Assembly: GCA_039794085.1 (NCBI GenBank)
Contig: JBDIWC010000006.1
Span: 14,262 to 78,261, forward strand
Length of the DNA: 64,000 nt
DNA from: Gemmatimonadales bacterium
GTDB lineage: Bacteria; Gemmatimonadota; Gemmatimonadetes; Gemmatimonadales; GWC2-71-9
Direction: 5' to 3'
In this document: positions 1 to 7,994 of the stretch, in pieces
Numbering within the stretch: the first letter of the stretch is position 1
Layout: every line of letters begins with the position of its first letter
Translations under genes and position numbers: made by a program
The notes under the pieces: model-generated
Databases searched by the model: none
What the model was told of the DNA's origin: nothing
The model's input: only the letters and a program-made list of their open reading frames with translations

Positions 1-141
1 CAGGCGGGGGCCCGGGGCAACCTGGTTCCGGATGCGTGGCTCGCCGCCCTCGCCCTCGAGCAGGGATGCGAGTTCATCACCACGGACCGGGACTTCGCGC
101 GCTTCCCCACCCTGCGGTGGCGTCACCCGCTCACGGGGTGA
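1..141 (+). CDS. PIN-domain (VapC-like) toxin, C-terminal fragment cut by window edge
   Basis: Frame 1 reads ...NLVPDAWLAALALEQGCEFITTDRDFARFPTLRWRHPLTG*, the typical C-terminal end of PIN/VapC toxins; stop TGA 139-141. Confidence 0.6.
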   Translation, partial: QAGARGNLVPDAWLAALALEQGCEFITTDRDFARFPTLRWRHPLTG

Positions 142-327
142 GGGAGACGCCTCGGACGGGGAGCCCCTGATCAAACGGACGGAGGACCAATCCGGCCAAA
201 TTATTAATAAGAGGTGATGCCACCTTCGCGGTGATGCTTTCGGGGCTCATCCGGGTTCGTGTAGGTGAGGGTGTGTGAGCGGAACTTCAACCCGCCGTTT
301 CCCGGGGCTCTTCGGCCTTCTTGGGGG

Positions 328-628
328 GGATTCTGGACTGAGTGGGGGGGCTCCGGTGGCCAGGCGGGCGGGGGAATAGCCACAAGAGGCACAAGAGGCA
401 CAAGAAACACGAGATCGAGGAGGGTGGCTCCGCCTCCACCACACCGACTCCACCCGGGACCGGCCTGGGCAGGATTCCATCTGAGTCATCCGTGCCATCC
501 GCAGTCTCTTCCCAAGGAGGTGTGGCGTTCCGGTCGGCGGCTTTGTGCCTTTTGTGCTTTTGTGGTTGGCTTTCGGGGTGAGGGGAAGCGCTCGGGCTGA
601 ACACGAGCCCATGCCAAAGCCTGAAGAG
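328..628 (+). repeat. Copy A of a structured repeat: long imperfect hairpin whose arms are 3x tandem 9-mers (CACAAGAGG-like), with conserved 5' and 3' flanks
   Basis: Left arm 380-407 (CCACAAGAGGCACAAGAGGCACAAGAAA) is complementary, with G-T positions, to right arm 541-565 (CTTTGTGCCTTTTGTGCTTTTGTGG). Flanks 328-379 and 566-628 align by eye to the reverse complement of 21323-21538. Confidence 0.7.
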
Positions 629-721
629 CCTCCATTCTGAGGGCCGTGTGCGGACGGCCCTGATCGCCCGTAACGGTTTCTCCGTATACCTTTCCCCCGA
701 CCCCGCATATGGAGCCCTGCC

Positions 722-2044
722 ATGACCCTCTCCCGCCGCTCGTTCCTGGGAACGGCTGGCGTCGCCGGCCTTGCCCTCGCCTCGGCGCGCTGTGCCCCCG
801 CTCCGGACGCCCGCGATTCCACCCCTCTTCCCCCGCTCGACCGTCCCACCGGTTCACCGGAAGCCGTCGCCCGGGACGAGGCCTACTGGCGGCGCGTCGC
901 GGCCCACTACCGGGTGTCCTCCGAGATCACCAACCTGGAGGCGGGCTATTTCGGCATGATGGCGGCGCCGGTGCTGGCGGAGTATCACCGGCAGATCGAC
1001 CGGGTCAACCTCGAGAGTTCCCGGTACGCCCGCGGGGCGTGGGGAGAGGAATCCGCCGGGGCCCGCGAGCGTCTGGCCGGTTTTCTCGGAGCCGCACCGG
1101 AGGAGCTGGTGTTCACCCGCAACGCGACCGAGGCGCTCCAGCGTCTCATCGTGCAGTACAACAAGCTGGCCCCCGGGGATCAGGTGATGTGCGCCGACCT
1201 GGACTACGGGGCGATGCAGTTCGCCATGGATGCCCTCGCCGAGCTTCGGGGTGTCACGGTGGTACGGATCGAGTTTCCGGAACCGGCCACCCGGGACGCC
1301 GTCGTGGAGATGTACGCCGAGGCGCTCCGGACTCACCCCCGGGTTCGGCTGCTCCTCCTCACCCATCTCAACAACAAGACCGGCCTGATCATCCCGACCC
1401 GGGAGATCGTGGCGATGGCCCGGGAGCGGGGGGCCGACACCATCGTCGACGCCGCCCACTCCTTCGGTCAGTGCGACCTGACGCTCCGGGACATCGGCGC
1501 CGATTTCGTGGGCCTGAACCTGCACAAGTGGCTCGGCGCCCCGATCGGTGTCGGAGCGATGTACATCAAGGCCGATCGCCTGCCGGACATCGACCGGATG
1601 CTGGGGGACGACGGACCCCTCGACCGGATCGAGAGCCGGATGCACACCGGCACCGCCAACTTCGCCACCTATCTGACAGTTCCCGCTGCCCTGGCCTTTC
1701 ATGAGTCGGTGGGGCCGGCGTACAAGGCGGCCCGGGTGCGCCACCTCCGCGACCTCTGGGTCGGGGCCGTGCGCGGAACGCCGGGCATCGACCTTCTGAC
1801 TCCGGACGATGCGGATCTCGTGGCCGCCATCACCTCGTTCCGGCTTCACGGCCGGACCGGGAAGGAGGAGAACCAGGCGATCGTGAGGGAGCTGTTCGAA
1901 CAGCACCGGCTCTTCACGGTGTGGCGCACGGGACTCTCCCGGGGGGATTGCGTACGGGTGACCCCGGCCCTCTACAACACCCCGGCAGATGCCGAGCGTC
2001 TCGCCGTGGCGCTCCGGGGAATGGCTGGTCGAGGGGCCGTGTAG
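722..2044 (+). CDS. Class V aminotransferase / cysteine desulfurase-isopenicillin-N epimerase-like PLP enzyme with Tat signal
   Basis: 440 aa ORF. N-terminus MTLSRRSFLGTAGVAGLALASA is a twin-arginine signal. HKWLGAPIGVG PLP-lysine region is typical of the aminotransferase class V fold. Confidence 0.85.
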   Translation: MTLSRRSFLGTAGVAGLALASARCAPAPDARDSTPLPPLDRPTGSPEAVARDEAYWRRVAAHYRVSSEITNLEAGYFGMMAAPVLAEYHRQIDRVNLESSRYARGAWGEESAGARERLAGFLGAAPEELVFTRNATEALQRLIVQYNKLAPGDQVMCADLDYGAMQFAMDALAELRGVTVVRIEFPEPATRDAVVEMYAEALRTHPRVRLLLLTHLNNKTGLIIPTREIVAMARERGADTIVDAAHSFGQCDLTLRDIGADFVGLNLHKWLGAPIGVGAMYIKADRLPDIDRMLGDDGPLDRIESRMHTGTANFATYLTVPAALAFHESVGPAYKAARVRHLRDLWVGAVRGTPGIDLLTPDDADLVAAITSFRLHGRTGKEENQAIVRELFEQHRLFTVWRTGLSRGDCVRVTPALYNTPADAERLAVALRGMAGRGAV

Positions 2045-2197
2045 TCCCTCACGGACAGGATCGGACACAAGACGGCAACGATTTTTTGGGAGACGCCCGG
2101 AAACCCTCACGGGCAGTCTGTTTGCCGGCGCATGGGAAGGCATCCAACTTGAGGCATCTGGTGCATTCGCGTCGCGGAGCGCCGTGACCAGGCGATT

Positions 2198-2253
2198 GGT
2201 GTTTCCCGGGGCTGACGCCCCTTGCTCGGCCCGGGGAGGTGGCTCGCGCCACC
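2198..2253 (+). repeat. 56-nt REP-like double-hairpin repeat, copy 1
   Basis: GGTGTTTCCCGGGGCTGACGCCCCTTGCTCGGCCCGGGGAGGTGGCTCGCGCCACC. Near-identical to 11145-11200. Contains hairpins GGGGC-TGAC-GCCCC and GGTGGC-TCGC-GCCACC. Confidence 0.7.
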
Positions 2254-2415
2254 AAAAACAGCGACGACACCGGCCGTGTGAACGGCCTCCCGCCGCCGAG
2301 CCCGGGGCGAAAGCCCCGGGGAACCCCTGCGAAACGCCGACGCGCCTCTCTGGTTCCGGCTCTGCCGGCTCAGGGGATCTGTAATCGATCGCCACCTTGT
2401 GCAGGTAATACGAAT

Positions 2416-2434
2416 GTGTTACCGTGTGTAACAC
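2416..2434. promoter_or_regulatory. Inverted repeat (putative VapB operator) abutting the vapB start codon
   Basis: GTGTTAC-CGTGT-GTAACAC perfect 7-bp arms ending 1 nt before ATG 2435. Possible TTGTGC(2397)-N17-TACCGT(2420) promoter would give a near-leaderless transcript. Confidence 0.45.
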
Positions 2435-2725
2435 ATGGCAGACGAACACCTGACCCTCCGGCTCCCCACCCACCTCGCCCGGGCCCTGACCCGATGGGCC
2501 GACGCGCGCGACCTCCCCAAGTCCCGGGTGGTTCGGGAAGCGATCGCCCGGTACCTCGACGCGCCCACCGGAGGAGACCGGGGACCAGCCGGCTTGACCG
2601 CCCGAACCCTGGGCCAACGGTGGGCGGCACTCCCGCGACTCCATCCGGACGAAGCCGCCAACTTCGCCGACGATCTCTCCGCGAGCGCCGCCGAGATGCC
2701 ACCACCGTCCCCGCCGTGGGAGTGA
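2435..2725 (+). CDS. vapB: Ribbon-helix-helix (CopG/VapB-type) antitoxin
   Basis: 96 aa. LTLRLPTHLARALTRWADARDLPKSRVVREAIARYL is an RHH motif. Stop overlaps the downstream PIN gene start (GTGA). Confidence 0.8.
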   Translation: MADEHLTLRLPTHLARALTRWADARDLPKSRVVREAIARYLDAPTGGDRGPAGLTARTLGQRWAALPRLHPDEAANFADDLSASAAEMPPPSPPWE

Positions 2726-3132
2726 TTCTCGACACCTCGGTTCTCCTCGCGGCCGAGCGTGGTGCCCTCCGCTTTGAAGCGATGCTGGAAGAGTTGGGTG
2801 ATGTCGGGGTAGGCATGGCGGCGGTCACAGCCTCCGAGCTGCTGCACGGTTGCCTCCGGGCCGCTCACCCTGGCGTTCGAGCCCGTCGGTTCGCCTTTGT
2901 GGAGGGTCTGCTCGATACCATCCCGGTCCTTCCCTTCAGTCTGGCGGACGCCCGGCAACATGCGCAGGTCTGGGCTCATCTTGCGCCAGCCGGTTCTTTG
3001 ATCGGGGCTCACGATCTGTTGATTGCCGCCACCGCCCTGGCTCGGGGCCACCGGGTGGCCACCCTCAACCGGCGCGAGTTCGGCCGGGTTCCCGGTCTGC
3101 ACCTGGTCCCGCTGGGGCCTTTTCTTTCCTGA
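2722..3132 (+). CDS. vapC: PIN-domain ribonuclease toxin VapC
   Basis: GTG 2722. VILDTSVLLAAERG... (N-terminal acidic D), ...GAHDLLIAATALARGHRVATLNRREF. Classic PIN layout with 4-nt overlap to vapB. Confidence 0.8.
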   Translation: MILDTSVLLAAERGALRFEAMLEELGDVGVGMAAVTASELLHGCLRAAHPGVRARRFAFVEGLLDTIPVLPFSLADARQHAQVWAHLAPAGSLIGAHDLLIAATALARGHRVATLNRREFGRVPGLHLVPLGPFLS

Positions 3133-3202
3133 TCCTTGCCATCGTTCGGCGATGGACGATACGTTCATTCACCTGTCCGGTTCTCCTTTTTTGGAGCCAC
3201 GC

Positions 3203-4864
3203 ATGCGCCTGTCCTTCCTCACCCTCCCCCTCCTCGTTGCCGCCTGTTCCCCCCAGGGTCCTGACGAGGGAACTCGATCCGACGACGGCACCGAGAATCT
3301 CCTCGCTGCCTACACCACGGTCCGGCTCGACGCCGACCTGAGCGGGCTCACCGATTCGGCCCGTCGCATGCTTCCGCTCCTGATCGAAGCCGCGCGGGAG
3401 ATGGATGAGATCTACTGGCTCGAGGTGTCCGGACCTTCGGACAGCGTGCTCTCTGCCATGCCCACGCCGACCCTGCGGCGGTTCGCCGAGATCAATTACG
3501 GCCCCTGGGACCGGCTCAACGGCAACCAGCCCTTCGTGTCCGAGGTCGGAGCCATGCCCCTCGGCGCCAACTTCTACCCCCACGACATCACCACGGCGGA
3601 ATTCGATTCCGCGGCACGCGCCGCTCCCGATGGCGGGGCTGCCTTGCGCAGTCTGTACACTCTGGTCCGCCGGGACGGCCAGGGACGTCTGACCGCGGTG
3701 CCCTACCGGGTGGCGTTTCGCCCCCAGGTGGGGCGGGCGGCGGCTCGGCTGCGAGAGGCCGCGCTCCTGGCTCAGGATGCCGGCCTCCGGCGCTACCTCG
3801 AGCTCCGCGCCGAGGCGCTGCTGAGCGATGACTATCAGCCCAGTGACCTGGCGTGGATGGACATGAAGACCAACCCGATCGATGTCGTCATCGGCCCGAT
3901 CGAGACCTACGACGACCAGTTGTACGGGGCCAAGGCGGCGCATGAGGCGTACGTGCTGGTCAAGGACCAGGTCTGGAGCGATCGGTTGAGCCGGTATGCC
4001 GCGCTGCTTCCGTCGCTGCAGCGCGGGCTCCCCGTGCCGGACGCCTACAAGCGGGAGACGCCGGGAACCGATTCCGATCTCAACGCCTACGACGTGCTCT
4101 ACTATGCCGGCCAGGCCAACGCCGGATCGAAGACGATCGCCATCAACCTCCCCAACGACGAGGAGGTTCAGCTGGCCAAGGGAGCCCGCCGGCTCCAGCT
4201 CAAGAACGCGGTGCGCGCCAAGTTCGACCAGATCCTCCTGCCGATCGCGGATCTGCTCATCGCGCCCGACCAGCGGGAGTACCTCTCGTTCGACGCCTTC
4301 TTCGAGAACACGATGTTCCACGAGGTGGCCCACGGGCTCGGAATCAAGAACACCGTGACCGGCGGGCGCACGGTGCGGGAGGCACTGCAGGAGCAGGCCT
4401 CGTCGCTCGAGGAGGGGAAGGCCGATGTCCTGGGCCTCCACATGATCACCGCCCTGACGGACCGGGGCGAGCTGGGGGAGAAGGACATCCGGACCAACCA
4501 GGTCACCTTTCTGGCGGGCATCTTCCGGTCGGTCCGGTTCGGTGCCGCGAGCGCGCACGGCCGGGCCAACGTGGCTCGGTTCAACTACTTCGAGGAGATG
4601 GGCGCCTTTACCCGCGATTCCACCACCGGAACCTATCGGGTGAACTTCGACCGGATGCGCCTCGCCACCGACTCGCTGTCGGCCAGGATCCTGCGATTCC
4701 AGGGAGACGGGGACCTCGACGGAGTGCGGGCGTGGATGGACTCCGTGAGCACCATCCGGGCCACCCTCCAGGCCGATCTCGACCGGCTCGCCACGGCGGG
4801 GATCCCGGTGGACATCGTCTTCGAGCAGGGGCCCGAGGTCCTGGGGCTCCCGGCGGCCCGCTGA
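3203..4864 (+). CDS. M49 (DPP III)-like zinc metallopeptidase lipoprotein
   Basis: Start chosen at MRLSFLTLPLLVAACS (lipobox). FHEVAHGLG (HExxH) and EEGKADVLG, which resembles the second M49 motif EExxAE/D. Confidence 0.65.
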   Translation: MRLSFLTLPLLVAACSPQGPDEGTRSDDGTENLLAAYTTVRLDADLSGLTDSARRMLPLLIEAAREMDEIYWLEVSGPSDSVLSAMPTPTLRRFAEINYGPWDRLNGNQPFVSEVGAMPLGANFYPHDITTAEFDSAARAAPDGGAALRSLYTLVRRDGQGRLTAVPYRVAFRPQVGRAAARLREAALLAQDAGLRRYLELRAEALLSDDYQPSDLAWMDMKTNPIDVVIGPIETYDDQLYGAKAAHEAYVLVKDQVWSDRLSRYAALLPSLQRGLPVPDAYKRETPGTDSDLNAYDVLYYAGQANAGSKTIAINLPNDEEVQLAKGARRLQLKNAVRAKFDQILLPIADLLIAPDQREYLSFDAFFENTMFHEVAHGLGIKNTVTGGRTVREALQEQASSLEEGKADVLGLHMITALTDRGELGEKDIRTNQVTFLAGIFRSVRFGAASAHGRANVARFNYFEEMGAFTRDSTTGTYRVNFDRMRLATDSLSARILRFQGDGDLDGVRAWMDSVSTIRATLQADLDRLATAGIPVDIVFEQGPEVLGLPAAR

Positions 4865-4910
4865 ACCCGAGTCCGCATCGGCCGTCGACCTCTCCGCGCG
4901 GCCCCCGGAA

Positions 4911-5669
4911 ATGCTGACACTCGTTCTCCTGGCCTTCGTGGCCTCGATGGCGGGGAGCGCCATCAACAGCATCGCGGGGGGGGGCACGCTCGTCACCTTT
5001 CCCGCCATCGTGGCGCTCGGACTCCCTCCCCTCACCGCCAACGCCACCAGCACCGTGGGGCTCTGGCCCGGGGCGGTGGGAAGCATGTGGGGATACCGTT
5101 CTCACCTCACGCACTCCAGACCCTGGCTGGTCGGCCTGACCCTGCCGAGCCTCCTCGGCGGGGGCATCGGAGCGGTCCTGCTCCTCAGCACCGGCGAGGA
5201 TCGCTTTGCCCGGATCGTTCCGTTCCTGGTGCTCGTGGCCACGATTCTTTTCACGTTCCAGGGTCCCCTGCTCCGCTGGTTGGGACACACACCGCGGCAG
5301 GCGGGGGCTCGGCCGGGCGGCGCCTTCCTCGCCGTGCAATTCGCGGTGGGGATCTATGGAGGGTACTTCGGCGCGGGGATCGGCATCCTGATGCTGGCCG
5401 CCCTGGAGTGGATGGGACACCGGCACATCCATGTCATGAACGGACTCAAGAACTGGGGGGGGCTCTGCATCAATGCGGTGGCCGCGGGGCTGTTCATCGC
5501 CGGGGGGATCGTGCATTGGCCGGTGGCGATCGCGATGGCGGGGGGAGGATTGGTCGGGGGCTACGCGGGTGCCAGGGCGGCGCAGCGCGTCGAGCAGGCG
5601 ACGGTACGACGGGCCGTGGTGTTGGTCGGGTTCGCGGCATTCGTCTGGCTGCTGTTTCGGCCGCTCTGA
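4911..5669 (+). CDS. TSUP/TauE-SafE family anion exporter (DUF81)
   Basis: 252 aa polytopic membrane protein. N-terminal SAINSIAGGGTLVTFPAIVALGLPPLTANATS and duplicated C-terminal GGYFGAGIGILM motifs are typical of TSUP. Confidence 0.8.
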   Translation: MLTLVLLAFVASMAGSAINSIAGGGTLVTFPAIVALGLPPLTANATSTVGLWPGAVGSMWGYRSHLTHSRPWLVGLTLPSLLGGGIGAVLLLSTGEDRFARIVPFLVLVATILFTFQGPLLRWLGHTPRQAGARPGGAFLAVQFAVGIYGGYFGAGIGILMLAALEWMGHRHIHVMNGLKNWGGLCINAVAAGLFIAGGIVHWPVAIAMAGGGLVGGYAGARAAQRVEQATVRRAVVLVGFAAFVWLLFRPL

Positions 5670-5712
5670 AGGCGGGAGGCGAGTGTCACTTCATTATTGG
5701 CCGGATCAAAGA

Positions 5713-6120
5713 TTACCTCCGCATCCGGTCCACCAATTGACGAGGGAGCAGCACGGGAACCGACAGGGACCCGCGCTTCGGCTGGAAGTGTCTGGTATTT
5801 CCGGTGATGATTGCGTCCGCCATTCCGGCGACCGCCACCTCCACAAAGACACGGTCATCGGGGTCCGGGAGGGTCAGCTTCAGTGGAGGGGCCACCACCG
5901 GTTCCGCGATCCGCTCCAGTGCATCAAGAAGAATCCTCCGCTCGCGGGGGTCGAATCGAAACGCCGGGCGCGCGGTCACCTCATCGTACTCCGCGAAGAT
6001 CCGGGAGTCGGCAAGGAGGGTCACGGCGCCCTGGAGCACGAGGTGAAGGACCTGGTCCGGCGTTCCCCCTCCGGTGAGCATCGCGGACACCAGGACGTTG
6101 GTGTCGAGAACGATCCGCAC
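5713..6120 (-). CDS. PIN-family toxin (PIN_3 / TIGR00305-like)
   Basis: MRIVLDTNVLVSAML...DPDDRVFVEVAVAGMADAIITGNTRHF. Lies downstream of a Phd-like antitoxin. Confidence 0.8.
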   Translation of the reverse strand: MRIVLDTNVLVSAMLTGGGTPDQVLHLVLQGAVTLLADSRIFAEYDEVTARPAFRFDPRERRILLDALERIAEPVVAPPLKLTLPDPDDRVFVEVAVAGMADAIITGNTRHFQPKRGSLSVPVLLPRQLVDRMRR

Positions 6121-6130
6121 CGCGAGACTC

Positions 6131-6439
6131 CTACTGGTTGGTTTCGCGTGCCCGGCGGGCCCGGCGCGACGATCGGATTTCGCGGGTGATCGCCCCCTGC
6201 GTCAGCCCCGCGGTGCCTTCCCGCCGTGCCTCGGCCTGGAGCCGAGACAGCGCCAGGAGCGCCCGTCCCCTCCGCCAGGCGTCGAGCACCGTGGTGGCGT
6301 CACCCTCCTCCACCGGAATGAGCAACGCCCTGGTGGTTCCGTCGGACACCAGCGACAATGGTTCGCCCTCGGCGAGGCGCTCGAAGACGCGTCCTGGAGT
6401 GTTGCGCAGTTCGCGATAGGTAATCGGTTTGCCCGTCAT
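6131..6439 (-). CDS. Phd/YefM-like antitoxin
   Basis: 102 aa. MTGKPITYRELRNTPGRVFERLAEGEPLSLVSDGTTRALLIPVEE has a Phd/YefM-type N-terminus. 10 nt upstream of the PIN gene. Confidence 0.7.
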   Translation of the reverse strand: MTGKPITYRELRNTPGRVFERLAEGEPLSLVSDGTTRALLIPVEEGDATTVLDAWRRGRALLALSRLQAEARREGTAGLTQGAITREIRSSRRARRARETNQ

Positions 6440-6612
6440 GACGCGCCTCCCGTGTAGCGTATATGGCTACATTAACGCTACACGGTTGACCCATGGAGCG
6501 CAACCCCTCGCGCCGATGCCACTTGTCCGGTCGGCGTCGCGGGAGGACCCCGGGAACGGGGCTTTCGCGCTATGTATTGGCAGGTCGCTGTGTCGACCGT
6601 ATGGTTCGCCGG

Positions 6613-6840
6613 ATGAGAACGACGCTGACGATCGATGAGACGGTGATGGCCCGGCTTCGCCGCGAGGCCGCGCGAACCGGTCGAACCATGTCCACCGTGG
6701 TGGAGATGGCTCTGCGCCAGGTGCTTCAAGACAAGCCCGCTGCGGTGGCACTTCCCGAACTTCCGAGCTTTGACAGCGGAGGAGCCCTGGTGGATCTGGC
6801 CGATCGCGAGGCACTCCATCAGGCTATGGCGGGCCCGTGA
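6613..6840 (+). CDS. VapB-family (PF09957-like) antitoxin with no adjacent toxin
   Basis: MRTTLTIDETVMARLRREAARTGRTMSTVVEMALRQVL. Stop TGA 6838-6840 overlaps GTG 6837 of the next ORF (rlpA-like), not a toxin gene. Confidence 0.7.
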   Translation: MRTTLTIDETVMARLRREAARTGRTMSTVVEMALRQVLQDKPAAVALPELPSFDSGGALVDLADREALHQAMAGP

Positions 6841-7499
6841 CGAGGGCGGAGTGTACGCGACAAGCCGTGGACCGGGCCGAGATCAGGTGGAGAGTGATCG
6901 GTCTCCTCCTGACGCTGGGTCTGGGCGGGTGTGCCAGCATGGGACGCGGACGGTCTCCCGATCTCCCCGCACCCGTGACGGACGGCTGGGTCGAAGAGGG
7001 AGTCGCCTCCTGGTACGGGGAACCCTTCCATGGGCGCCGCACCGCCTCCGGTGAAGTCTACGACATGCACGCACCCACCGCGGCGCACCGGACTCTCCCC
7101 TTCGGCACCCGGGTGCGGGTCGAGAATCTGTCCAACGGCCGCTCCACCACGCTGCGTATCACCGACCGAGGCCCGTTCGCAAAGAACCGGATCCTGGACG
7201 TGTCCCGGTGGGGTGCCGAGGAGCTTCGTCTCATCGGACCCGGGGTGGCGCGGGTCAGGATCACGGTGCTCGATGCCCCGGCCTCCCCACGGTGTTGGGA
7301 GATCCAGGCGGGGGCTTTCGCCGATAGCGCGAACGCCGACCGCCTCCGTGTCCGACTCCTCGATGATCAGTTCCCGACACGGATCGACACCGGGCCCGGC
7401 GGTCTCCATCGGGTGCGAGTGGGGCCGTTCGAAGACCGAGGTGTAGCGGAGAGTGCCGCGCGGAGGGTGGACGGTCTCCTGCTGGGGTGCGGCGCGTAG
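6837..7499 (+). CDS. rlpA: Septal ring lytic transglycosylase RlpA-family lipoprotein (DPBB + SPOR domains)
   Basis: Lipobox LTLGLGGC. ASWYGEPFHGRRTASGEVYDM...LRITDRGPF (DPBB). C-terminal WEIQAGAFADSANADRL...HRVRVGPF (SPOR). True start may be downstream of 6837. Confidence 0.8.
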   Translation: MTRAECTRQAVDRAEIRWRVIGLLLTLGLGGCASMGRGRSPDLPAPVTDGWVEEGVASWYGEPFHGRRTASGEVYDMHAPTAAHRTLPFGTRVRVENLSNGRSTTLRITDRGPFAKNRILDVSRWGAEELRLIGPGVARVRITVLDAPASPRCWEIQAGAFADSANADRLRVRLLDDQFPTRIDTGPGGLHRVRVGPFEDRGVAESAARRVDGLLLGCGA

Positions 7500-7542
7500 A
7501 ACGGACCAGGTGACCGGCATGGATACCATATGACATTGCGTG

Positions 7543-7567
7543 GTCAGACTAGTCTGACTAGTCTGAC
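7543..7567. promoter_or_regulatory. Palindrome plus direct repeat (three GTCWGAC half-sites) in an AT-richer island with a TATACT -10-like box
   Basis: GTCAGACTAGTCTGACTAGTCTGAC. 16-bp perfect palindrome 7543-7558 with TAGTCTGAC repeated in tandem. TATACT at 7568-7573. Upstream of a degraded PIN gene. Confidence 0.4.
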
Positions 7568-7638
7568 TATACTGCAATGATGTCCGAAGAATACTCTCTT
7601 TGCGACACCAAGGCCGAAGCTCTCTGCCCTGGTTCGCC

Positions 7639-7994
7639 ATGTCCGGGAATGACGGGGCGTACCTGGACAGTTCCGTCGTCACCGCGATTGCCTTCGTCGA
7701 GCCGGGGGCGGGCGACCTACGGGCGCGTCTCCAACAGTATGCGCAGCTTGATTCCGCCCCCTGCCGGAGGCGGAGGTGCGATCAGCCGCCAGGCGCGAAG
7801 GAGTGCCTCTCCCTCCGGCCGGAGATCATCCGGGTGCTGGACACGGGTTACGTGCGCGCGCAGACTGCTGGCATCTGGCGACGGCGCTGTACCTCTCGCC
7901 GGAGCCGGAGCAGTTGATGTTCCTCACCCTCGATCAGCGCCAGCGCGACGTGGCCCAGCGGCTGGGATTCGCTCTGGGCGAGTTCACCTCGTAA
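7639..7994 (+). pseudogene. PIN-domain (VapC-like) toxin gene interrupted by a 1-nt frameshift at a C5 run
   Basis: Frame 1: MSGNDGAYLDSSVVTAIAFVEPG...QLDSAP. After C-run 7757-7761 the homology continues in another frame: LPEAEVRSAARREGV...LRARADCWHLATALYLSPEPEQLMFLTLDQRQ...*. Confidence 0.65.

Noticed and set aside
380-565. Tandem 9-mers considered as a CRISPR array or as coding for an HKRHKRHKKH peptide
   Set aside because: The repeats are only 9 nt long and contiguous without spacers, and they occur as two inverted arrays. The ORFs across them (265-600, 342-581) have no start context and junk composition.
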